64,000 nt of DNA. Origin: Verrucomicrobiia bacterium (GTDB lineage: Bacteria > Verrucomicrobiota > Verrucomicrobiia > Limisphaerales > UBA11358). The position numbers and the translations under genes are program-made. Shown piece after piece: positions 44,801-52,100 of this stretch (position 1 is the stretch's first letter; each line of letters opens with the position of its first letter). Under the pieces are notes generated by a model. It was not told the origin of the DNA. It did not search any database and worked only from the letters and a program-made list of their open reading frames with translations. Location of the stretch: positions 8,179 through 72,178 of the forward strand of contig JANWKE010000054.1 in the NCBI GenBank assembly GCA_025451535.1, in the 5' to 3' direction.

Positions 44801-45308
44801 CCACGAGCGGCGCAATGGCGTGATGATAGGTGAAGTTCACCAGGTCCAGGCGCGGCTTGCCGCTGCTTGTCGTCCAGGCGCGCGCGGTCTGGAAGCCGTT
44901 GCTCCAGCCACTGCCATAACCCAGCTGCCCGGCGGCCGCCAGGCTCTGGACATTTTCCATGAGCGCGCCGGAATAATTCACCTGCGCGCCGGCATTGGGA
45001 TAACCGAGCAAACCACTGACCGTGGTTTCGATTTCACCTTGATAGACGTTCACCCGGTCGGCCTCGCCGAAAATGGTATTCAATACTTCCGGCGAGGGAT
45101 GCGGTCGGCTGGCGTTTTGTTGCTGGATGGTATCCCAGGCATTTTCGTAATGGTCCACGCCATAATCGCGGCGGTCAGGCCAATAAATCGGTTGGTGCAG
45201 GTGCCAAAGCCAGGTGGTGTGGACACCGGTATTGCCGTCGGCCAGCGCGGAAATCGGGGTGAGCAAAAGGCAAAGGCACAGTGGGGTGGCACAACGAAAG
45301 GGCTTCAT
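41871..45308 (-). CDS. Secreted GH57-clan (GH57/GH119-like) alpha-glucan hydrolase with Gly-rich linker, CBM25-like starch-binding module and FN3 domain
   Basis: 1145 aa with signal peptide MKPFRCATPLCLCLLLTPISALA. GH57-type regions: WLWHLHQPIYWP (HQP), YFPAETCFS (nucleophile E), LCAHDGDNAW (acid/base D). Linker: GAGSGGGSGGGGGGG. CBM25-like segment: IHLGWNNWNPV...NNGSGTWDNNGGANWNF. FN3 segment: PQNLSATPTQTNQINLNWSAASGAAGYVVDRD. The family call is from memory and needs dbCAN. Confidence 0.75.
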   Translation of the reverse strand: MKPFRCATPLCLCLLLTPISALADGNTGVHTTWLWHLHQPIYWPDRRDYGVDHYENAWDTIQQQNASRPHPSPEVLNTIFGEADRVNVYQGEIETTVSGLLGYPNAGAQVNYSGALMENVQSLAAAGQLGYGSGWSNGFQTARAWTTSSGKPRLDLVNFTYHHAIAPLVDDQTLEMELRIQQRQMQIFWGTSVPLSRGYFPAETCFSEHIIPILNKVGIAWSVVANNHLARSCADFPLVLGSGGENCDIPNPADQINPAQGAGDYQRVSIERGCAPTQVMPFGFQLHYARYVDPNTGVASTIMVVPSDQVLGWRDSYGTWDLGLIAPIAARNNSAHPSLVLCAHDGDNAWSGGYSYYNQWVGQMASTAASDGYEPTTIEQFISDFPPATNDVVHVEDGGWVFADSDFGSPSFINWNWPPSYTDGSGNNVVDPSLGTSDKDDNWRVIIATENRVETAQQISGITPKIDQVRDPGSFSGTPNAVELGWHYCLASLDSGFVYYGCNGDECLRAIIAQSNACRNVDAVITANPTNDTTAPTVFLPQRSPWNPGGTNFGVQYGYKTVVAQNSDFWVWTYTYDVSGITNVSLLLRVDGTNPPTGDQFKTYAGGSLTGVWQTNSMTRRVAPPVSGDTPQYIADYYYTQVTGISNVFVDYYVGATDTNGNTRNTPIQHVWVGAGSGGGSGGGGGGGPVSVLPAPPVAGNSVTIQYVATGRVLASASQVYIHLGWNNWNPVVSPDAAMSFNSASNGWQYTVTVPANATNLNCVFNNGSGTWDNNGGANWNFTVSANSNPQPPAQPQNLSATPTQTNQINLNWSAASGAAGYVVDRDNSPIATTVSTSYSDTGLAANSYHCYSIVASNSVGFSTPSPTVCTNTLAAVPTNLPPFALDGAFDYPGYLLASNPAPAGVLYAALRGTTLYVATGSPGTSGPNDNFIFVSDQLLPGASAPAPWAKSGNVAVATTKPFLASESQNTYISWYVNGTQTNWPCAKASATSGAMAGTLDLVQAFGYMPTNLYLCAAAYVTTNGGPLVAQCPAGSGPNIESNEFLVIPVVALRDSLGNGTFDRLDPARGFKILSVGLQNTLCVFNYAAMPGRAYQVQFVNQLGGIWSNLMGSSNFALPPQGMLNFTDAPPATVTQRFYRVELLP

Positions 45309-45347
45309 TAACAGACGTTAAGATACGACAAAATCCTGGTTCAGCCA

Positions 45348-45363
45348 CCGCACAAAAATGCGG
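45348..45363. promoter_or_regulatory. Alpha-glucan box, site 5 (perfect half-sites)
   Basis: CCGCACAAAAATGCGG. Lies 39 nt upstream of ATG 45308. Confidence 0.6.
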
Positions 45364-45369
45364 GCCGAC

Positions 45370-45416
45370 AGCGTTTTTAGAAAAGGTGCAGCCGCCGACA
45401 TCAGTCGGCGCAAATC
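45370..45416 (-). repeat. 47-nt hairpin-containing repeat, copy B (inverted relative to copy A)
   Basis: The reverse complement, GATTTGCGCCGACTGATGTCGGCGGCTGCACCTTTTCTAAAAACGCT, aligns with 48898-48943 at roughly 85% identity by eye. Core hairpin: CGCCGAC-tgat-GTCGGCG. Confidence 0.75.
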
Positions 45417-45632
45417 CAACAAAGGGGGGAACGCCGTGGCGCATCATACTGAAATGGGAAATCACCACAACACCGGGAAACGACCTGTTTATGTTGTAGC
45501 GCGGGCGCAATGCAGCGGGAACAACCGGTTGATGTGACAATATCAAGAACCGAACCGTTTATAGGCGGAGCGGCGGCGGTCACGCACGAGCCAATGCGGA
45601 TTCGAGGTTCACGGCGGCTGAACCGATCGGAG

Positions 45633-46538
45633 TCAATAGAGGAAACTGTCACTGCCCGAAGTGAAAGTGACGTAGACAATGGTGTCTGCCTTGACAGCAG
45701 GGGGAAGGTTGTCCCACGCGGCGCGCACGCAATCGAGGTAACTCGGATCGTATGCAATCACGGAGAGGATCTGCTTGGACCACGCATCGGCAGAGATCAC
45801 GTTGGTGTTGCTGACCAAAATGTCATTCAGTTTAGACGTCAGGAGGGACTCCGCCATGGGGATGGTGTAGGGATTGCCGGGAGGATACGCGAAGGCGCGG
45901 GTGACGGTAACGCCGATTTTGACGCCCCGAATTTCGACCATAAAATCAGCCTTTTTGCCACCCGGGTCGGCGTAGGTAATTTCGTCGCCGAGCTTCAGGA
46001 GCGCCGCGCCTTCAGCGCGGGCGAGCACTTCGAAAGCGAACACTTTCGACAAATACACGCCGCCGCCTGAGGAATCAGAATCGAGGATGGCCCTGCCGCC
46101 GGCGGTCAGGAGGGCATCATCGACTCCAGGATTGAATGGGTCCACGCCGAAATCGAGGCTGTTGGAAAACAAAGCCGGCGCGGCATTGGTCAGTTCCTCA
46201 TGCAGGACGAAGGCACGACCGCTGATCGTGCCGAAGCCTGCCAGCGGCTGGATGACAGGCATCTGTTCAAGCCGGAAGAATCCTGCTGTACCAGTGATGG
46301 CATACTCCCGGCTGACGACACCGGAAACCCCGGAGATGGTTTCCACGGGCAGGAGGTTCGTCAAGGAATCGCCCTGCCAGATCCGATAATCGTTGGTGGA
46401 AACCGCCTCGAAGAAAACCTCCACCTGCCCTGGTGATGCAGCCAACTGGATGCCCGGTTCCCCACCAAGGGCAGATAGTCCGGTCGCCAGAAAGAAAAGG
46501 GCGGACGTGAGGCAGCTGACGGAATCATGGTATCGCAT
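45633..46538 (-). CDS. Secreted hypothetical protein; the shared beta-sandwich module sits at the N-terminus
   Basis: The ATG at 46538 gives the signal peptide MRYHDSVSCLTSALFFLATGLSALG. Residues ~29-95 (..YRIWQGDSLTNLLPV...TAGFFRLEQMP) match the module found at the C-termini of the CAZymes. I recognised no family in the remaining ~200 aa. Confidence 0.6.
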   Translation of the reverse strand: MRYHDSVSCLTSALFFLATGLSALGGEPGIQLAASPGQVEVFFEAVSTNDYRIWQGDSLTNLLPVETISGVSGVVSREYAITGTAGFFRLEQMPVIQPLAGFGTISGRAFVLHEELTNAAPALFSNSLDFGVDPFNPGVDDALLTAGGRAILDSDSSGGGVYLSKVFAFEVLARAEGAALLKLGDEITYADPGGKKADFMVEIRGVKIGVTVTRAFAYPPGNPYTIPMAESLLTSKLNDILVSNTNVISADAWSKQILSVIAYDPSYLDCVRAAWDNLPPAVKADTIVYVTFTSGSDSFLY

Positions 46539-46905
46539 AACGAGCTTATCCCACTGTTTTACCTGCTTATGGTTCCACGAACTAGGATAGCACAAATTGG
46601 AACTTCGACGAAGGGATAAAATAGGTTTTCTAATTAATTGCTGTTTTTGGAAAAGGAATCGGCATAAACTGGTCAGTTCTTTAAACGTAAGCGGGTCAGT
46701 TCTGAATGGCTCTTGGTTAAGGTGTCGATGACGGCGAGGTCGGCCTTTCCAGTAACGGTTATAAACGGTCAGTTAGGGCCTGCGCAGCGAACCACGCAGG
46801 GCAGATTTTCAAGGGGGATTCGCCGGTGATCTGACCCTAATGGCAGGACAGCGGTGGTAGGTTTCCAGTTCCCAAGGCAAATAGTTTTGGCTATCATCGC
46901 ACGAA

Positions 46906-48879
46906 ATGCAACGGTTAGTCTCGCATTCGTGGCCGACCAGGAGCATTACTCCTTGGCTTCGACGATTTCGGGGCGCGGCTCTTTTGGCCATGGCGATTCA
47001 GGGAAATGCGTCCGACCTCTCCACGGTGACGTTCGCACCGCCCGGCAGTTGGGTGAAACCCCATTTTTTTAATCAACAAACTTCAACGAGCTTCCTCGAC
47101 TCCAGCGCCGATCAGCATTGGCTGCTATTGGAACGACAAATTAACGCCGTTACAAACGAAACCTTCGTTCATTCCGTCCGGCAGATTCTGACGACGGCCG
47201 GCGTTCAAAACAGCGCCACCCTGTCGATTGATTTCAATCCGAGCTGCCAATCCTTGACCTGGCACTGGGCGCGCATCTGGCGCGGCAAGGAGCATTTGGA
47301 TCGTCTCGATACCAACAACATCAAAATCGTGCAACAGGAACGGGACCTGGATCAGTCCCTGCTGGAGGGCGAAGAATCCGTGGTTCTGGTTTTGGACGAT
47401 GTCCGGGTCGGCGACATTATTGATTACGCCTATTCGATCAAGGGCGCGAACCCCGTTTTCGGCGGGCATTTTTCCTGCACCATTCCGGTGCAACTGGAGC
47501 AACCCGCCGACCGCTTGCTGACACGGGTGATATGGCCAGGTCAGAGGCAACTCTATGCCAAAACGCATGGCTGCTCCGTTGAACCCGCGGTGGTGAAAGG
47601 AAAAGAGACCGTTGAATACGTCTGGGATTTGACGCAGGTGCCCGGTTTTCCCCTCGAAGACTCCCTGCCCGCGTGGTGCGACCCCGCACCGTGGGTGCAG
47701 CTTACTGATTTCAAAACCTGGGCGGAAGTGAATCAATGGGCCCTGGCGCTGTTCCGGGTCCCAGCACCATTCTCCCCTGAACTATCCCGCAAAATTGAGG
47801 AATGGAAGCAAATCCCCGGCCCGGAGGAGCAAATTTTGACGGTCTTGCGGTTCGTCCAGGACGATGTGCGTTATTTCGGAATTGAAATCGGGGCCAGCGC
47901 GGAAAAACCGGCCGATCCCTCGGCCGTGTTCTCGCGGCGCTTTGGCGATTGCAAGGACAAGTCGCTGTTGTTCGTTACAATTCTTCGCGCGTTAGGGATT
48001 GAAGCGTATCCGGTTCTGGTGAACGCGACGCTGAGGCGCGCGATTGCGGACTGGCGGCCTTCGGCGAGCGCCTTTGACCACTGCATCGCCGTCGTGCGCT
48101 GCGACGGCCGGACGTACTGGCTCGATCCAACCATGAATTATCAGCGCGGGCCGCTGGGGGTGCATTATCTGCCGAACTACGGGTGCGGTCTCACGATTTC
48201 TCCCCAAACGACGGGACTGGCCGTGATCCCGCAAACGACCGGTTTGCCGCAAACGACCACGACCGAATACTTTCAGCTACAGGGAAAAATGCAACCGGCC
48301 GGACTGAAAGTGGTTACCACCGCGGAAGGCCGCGATGCCGACCGTCTTCGGGAACTTTTTGCGACCACAAAACGCAGCGACATCGAAAAGAACTACACGC
48401 ATTTCTATTCCGAGCTGTACCCGGGGATTAAAATGTCGTCGCCCATTCTTTTTGAGGACGACCAACCGCAGGATCGGGTTCAAACCACGGAATTTTATTC
48501 AATCGATAAAGTGTGGACCGGGCCGGACAAAGACGGGAAGTATCGCTGTGAATTTTATCCTTCGACCATCGCCGCTCTGCTGAAAAAGCCGGTGGATACA
48601 GATCGAAAGCTGCCCCTGGGCACAGGTTTTCCGCAGCACCAGATCCTGCGTACGGAGGCAACCCTGCCGGCGGCCTGGCCGTTCGATGCGGACCAGAGAA
48701 CCATTTCCGATCCCGCATTTACCTTCCGAAAAAATATGCGGTGTACGGGCAATCAACTCGTCGTGGAATACGAATACCAGTCCCTGGCCGATTCGGTTTC
48801 TCCGGACCGGGTCGAGCAATACCTGCAGCGACTGAATCAGAGTTCGGAATCATTGGGCTGTTCCCTGACCTGGCAGTAA
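46906..48879 (+). CDS. DUF3857-type N-domain + transglutaminase-like cysteine protease-fold protein
   Basis: 657 aa. Transglutaminase core: RRFGDCKDKSLLFVTILRALGIEAYPVLVN (catalytic Cys), with FDHCIAV (His) downstream. The N-terminal ~250 aa resembles DUF3857 (IDYAYSIKGANPVFGGHF). Confidence 0.8.
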   Translation: MQRLVSHSWPTRSITPWLRRFRGAALLAMAIQGNASDLSTVTFAPPGSWVKPHFFNQQTSTSFLDSSADQHWLLLERQINAVTNETFVHSVRQILTTAGVQNSATLSIDFNPSCQSLTWHWARIWRGKEHLDRLDTNNIKIVQQERDLDQSLLEGEESVVLVLDDVRVGDIIDYAYSIKGANPVFGGHFSCTIPVQLEQPADRLLTRVIWPGQRQLYAKTHGCSVEPAVVKGKETVEYVWDLTQVPGFPLEDSLPAWCDPAPWVQLTDFKTWAEVNQWALALFRVPAPFSPELSRKIEEWKQIPGPEEQILTVLRFVQDDVRYFGIEIGASAEKPADPSAVFSRRFGDCKDKSLLFVTILRALGIEAYPVLVNATLRRAIADWRPSASAFDHCIAVVRCDGRTYWLDPTMNYQRGPLGVHYLPNYGCGLTISPQTTGLAVIPQTTGLPQTTTTEYFQLQGKMQPAGLKVVTTAEGRDADRLRELFATTKRSDIEKNYTHFYSELYPGIKMSSPILFEDDQPQDRVQTTEFYSIDKVWTGPDKDGKYRCEFYPSTIAALLKKPVDTDRKLPLGTGFPQHQILRTEATLPAAWPFDADQRTISDPAFTFRKNMRCTGNQLVVEYEYQSLADSVSPDRVEQYLQRLNQSSESLGCSLTWQ

Positions 48880-48897
48880 TTGCTTTCACCTTTTCTC

Positions 48898-48943
48898 GAT
48901 TTGCGCCGACTGACGTCGGCGGCTACATATTTTTGAAAACGCT
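48898..48943 (+). repeat. 47-nt hairpin-containing repeat, copy A
   Basis: GATTTGCGCCGACTGACGTCGGCGGCTACATATTTTTGAAAACGCT. Starts 19 nt after the stop of the transglutaminase-like gene. Core hairpin: CGCCGAC-tgac-GTCGGCG. Confidence 0.75.
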
Positions 48944-48978
48944 CTAAAACCCACGTTCGGGGGGGCCAATACGGTTGA

Positions 48979-48994
48979 CCGCACAAAAATGTGG
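48979..48994. promoter_or_regulatory. Alpha-glucan box, site 6
   Basis: CCGCACAAAAATGTGG, with one mismatch. Lies upstream of the 1458-aa GH13 gene, 98 nt from ATG 49092 and 170 nt from ATG 49164. It overlaps a TTGACC hexamer. Confidence 0.5.
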
Positions 48995-49163
48995 TAGAAA
49001 TAAAAGGAAAGATAGCCGATATTTTTATGCCACCGCAAAGCCCGCAGCCATTTTATGAAACGCGCCGGAGCGGTGGTTTGTAGTTTACCCGATGTACAAT
49101 TTAAACATGTCTTGTCGTGCCAGTGACAAAAAAGCTTGTGAAGGTCCCCTGTCCCAACAGCCT

Positions 49164-52100
49164 ATGAAGCCGCATTTTTTTCATCCGGCAATTTCATTAA
49201 AGGGATTTTTCCGCCGGGCGGCTGCGGCAGCTTTGCTGGCGGGTTTGTCGGTGTTGGCCGTCCACCAGGTCCGCGGCGAGGGAATGCTGGAGTTGTTCCA
49301 GACGCCCTGGTCTGAGATTACTCAAAAGATGCCGGAGATTGCCGAGGCCGGCTACGACAGTTTGTGGCTGCCCAATCCGGCCAAGGGCAACAGCGGCAGT
49401 TATTCGGTCGGCTACGACCAGTTTGATCCGTTTGACCTGGGCAGCACCAACCAGCAGGGGACGATTGCCACCATGTATGGAACCGAGGACCAACTGATCC
49501 AGATGGTACAGACGGCCCATCGGTTCGGCATCCGCGTCTATTTCGACAATATCATGAATCACCGGTCCGGCACGGTGGCCGGCTATCCGGGCTCGGGCAC
49601 GCCGACGAATTATTACCCGGGCCTGATTCCGCAGGACTTTCATCTGCAAGTCGTCGCCGGCGGATTTAAAAACTGGCCGTCCATCGGCGATCCGTACTGG
49701 TGCACGACTTCGGTGGTGGAGGACCAGCCGTTGTTGGGCCTGTCCGACCTGGCACAGGAACCGGGCACCAACAATCTGAATTTTGGCTCCGCCGTCGGTA
49801 ACACAACTCCCAAGCCGGCTTTTATCCGGTTTCCGGGCCGGTCGGATTTGTACATGGATACCAATGGTCCTTTGCTGGGTTTGGGCTCCGGCACCGGCTG
49901 GCCATCGCCCGCGAACGGATATGGACCCTTAAACGGATGGCGTCCCTTTGACGGCCATGGCCAACCGGTGCCGGAAGACGTGTCGACCTATCTCTGCCGC
50001 GCAGTAGCGTGGACGCTTTACACTACCAAGTGCGACGGTTTCCGGCTGGATGCAGTGAAGCACGTGCCGGTGAACTTCTTCGGCAACGAAACCGGCCAGA
50101 CGGACGACCCGTCGTTCGGCGGCTACCTCGGCGCGGTTCAAGCGATGTATGATTACGTCCATGGCTATGGCAGCAACGACGTCGGTAACGGCTACCTTGA
50201 AACGGACGGCAACCGCAACAGCCTGTTCAACACGGAGTCGCCGCGCAACGACGCGATGCTCTTCGGCGAATACGAACCGTCAGCGCTGGTTGCCGGCGAG
50301 GACTTCAATGATTATCTCCAATCGGGCATGCGCCTGTGCAACTTTCCACTCTTCAGCCAGTTCAACAGCGCCCTCAACAACTACGGTGGCAGTCCGGGAC
50401 TTTACGGCATGGATGGCCGCGACTATATCCCACCGGGCGGCAACTGCGACGCCAACGGCAATTTCAGCGCGGCGCAGGCGGTCAACATGCCGCAAACACA
50501 GGACAACGGCACCTGTTGCCCGGCGAATGAAACCCTGGAGAATTCTTATTTCTTCATGCACGAAGGACTGCCGATGGTTTATTCCGATGGTTATAATCAT
50601 AATCTGGCCAGCCTGACCAACGGCAGCACGCCGATTGTTTCCTACGCCAATTACCTCGGCGAATTCGGCGACAACTCCATGCCAGACACGATGTACACGC
50701 ACAACCAACTATCCCGCGGCGGCACGCGTTCGCGCTGGAGCGATCAGAACATCATCGCCTTCGAGCGCTACGATTACCGCGACGTGGACCCGCCTTCGCA
50801 ATACGGAAATGCTGCTACCAATCCGGCGGCGACCGTGGTGTTCTACGCCATGAACGACAAGGGCGGCGGTTCCGGTGATATCGCCTTTGATGACGGCGTC
50901 AGCCGGACGAGCGACGGTTATTATCTGGTCGGCACCAACACCGTCAACGGCGCCAACACCGCCGACGTTTCCAGGCCCAATTCACGCGGCTGCGGACTGA
51001 TTGTCGGTTTTCCGCCGGGCACGCTGCTGACGCAATTATCCAGTGCCGGCGACGTGGCCGGCGGCAACCGCGCCTTCCACCAGTTACTGGTGCATGGCAC
51101 CACGACCAGTCTCACCACCGCTGCTTCCACCGCCAATGACCCCAACCCCGTCAACCGCCTGATTTACGTCAATACCACCCCGCCCGCCGGCTTTGGCGCC
51201 GTCGAACTGGTCGTTCCCAGCGACGCCTGGGTGCTCTACGGCGAACAATGGCCCGAACCCAGCCGCGCCAATCCTTCGACCAACGTCATCGCTTTCCGCC
51301 AGGGCGGTGTTCAGGTGCCGAATATCACGGTCTATCGCACAGATGGCGCCAACGGCGATCCAAACTATGATCCGACTTTCCCCTTCAAAATGCGTGGCGG
51401 CGTTGATCCCTACACCGGCCAGCCGGTCGTCGCTGCCGGCGAAGGCAACGTCTCCAATCTCACCTACGCCATCAATATTCCGGTGGTGACCAATGCGCTC
51501 TTTGACATCCTTGTCCGGAGCGACGCCTCGACATCCAACACGCTGGTCAAACTGGACGGTGGCATGGACCTCAACAGCCAGATGGGGCTGGGCCCGACGA
51601 ATATCCAGCCGGGCATCGCCCCGACCAATTTCCTTGACCTGCGCGACAACAAGCCCGCCTACACTGACGACCGCTTCCTGGGTTACGAACAAACGGCGTT
51701 CCAGTTCCGTAACGGCCCGGAGAAATTCGCCGCGCGAAATATTTTGAGCAATAACATCGTTTCGCTCGGCGCGGAGACGTATTATTACACCATCGGCGGC
51801 ACGAACACGGTCATTCCCGGCAGCGGCTTTGGCGCCGGCATCACCAACCAGACGGCAGTCTGGGTTTACCATGATCCGTCCGCACCCGTGACGGTCCTGA
51901 CCAATGTCAGTGTGCCCGTGGATCCCGCCAACCAGATGTCGCCGACCAATCCGGCAGCCGGCCAGTCGGTGGACATCTGGGTGAGGGCCGGCTACTCGCA
52001 GCAAGTCAACACCTGCTACCTTTACTACACCACCGACGGTTCAAATCCCGAAGGCGGCTTCGGCATCGGCAAGGGTACGACCCAGGTGGTGCCGGCGCAG

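Noticed and set aside
43299-45311. Very long ORFs antisense to real genes. Examples: 43299-45311 (+, 670 aa), 23608-24876 (+, 422 aa), 28599-29906 (-, 435 aa), 59323-60498 (+, 391 aa), 53767-54477 and 55708-56667 (-), 51084-52004 (-), 12411-13310 (+).
   Set aside because: Their translations are Arg/Gly/Ala/Pro-rich low-complexity strings with no motifs. They lie opposite ORFs with clear family signatures. This is the usual shadow-ORF artefact of high-GC DNA.
45633-46250. PD-(D/E)xK nuclease-like pattern (GKKADFMVEIRGVKIGVTVTR) in the hypothetical secreted protein.
   Set aside because: The pattern is short and degenerate, lacks a clear E-x-K, and is in a signal-peptide protein. It is too weak to assert.
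48976-49010. Sigma-70-like -35 hexamer TTGACC overlapping box site 6; also TTGACA at 36606.
   Set aside because: No acceptable -10 hexamer lies at 16-18 nt spacing in either case. Promoter consensus for this lineage is not known to me, so no promoter was called.
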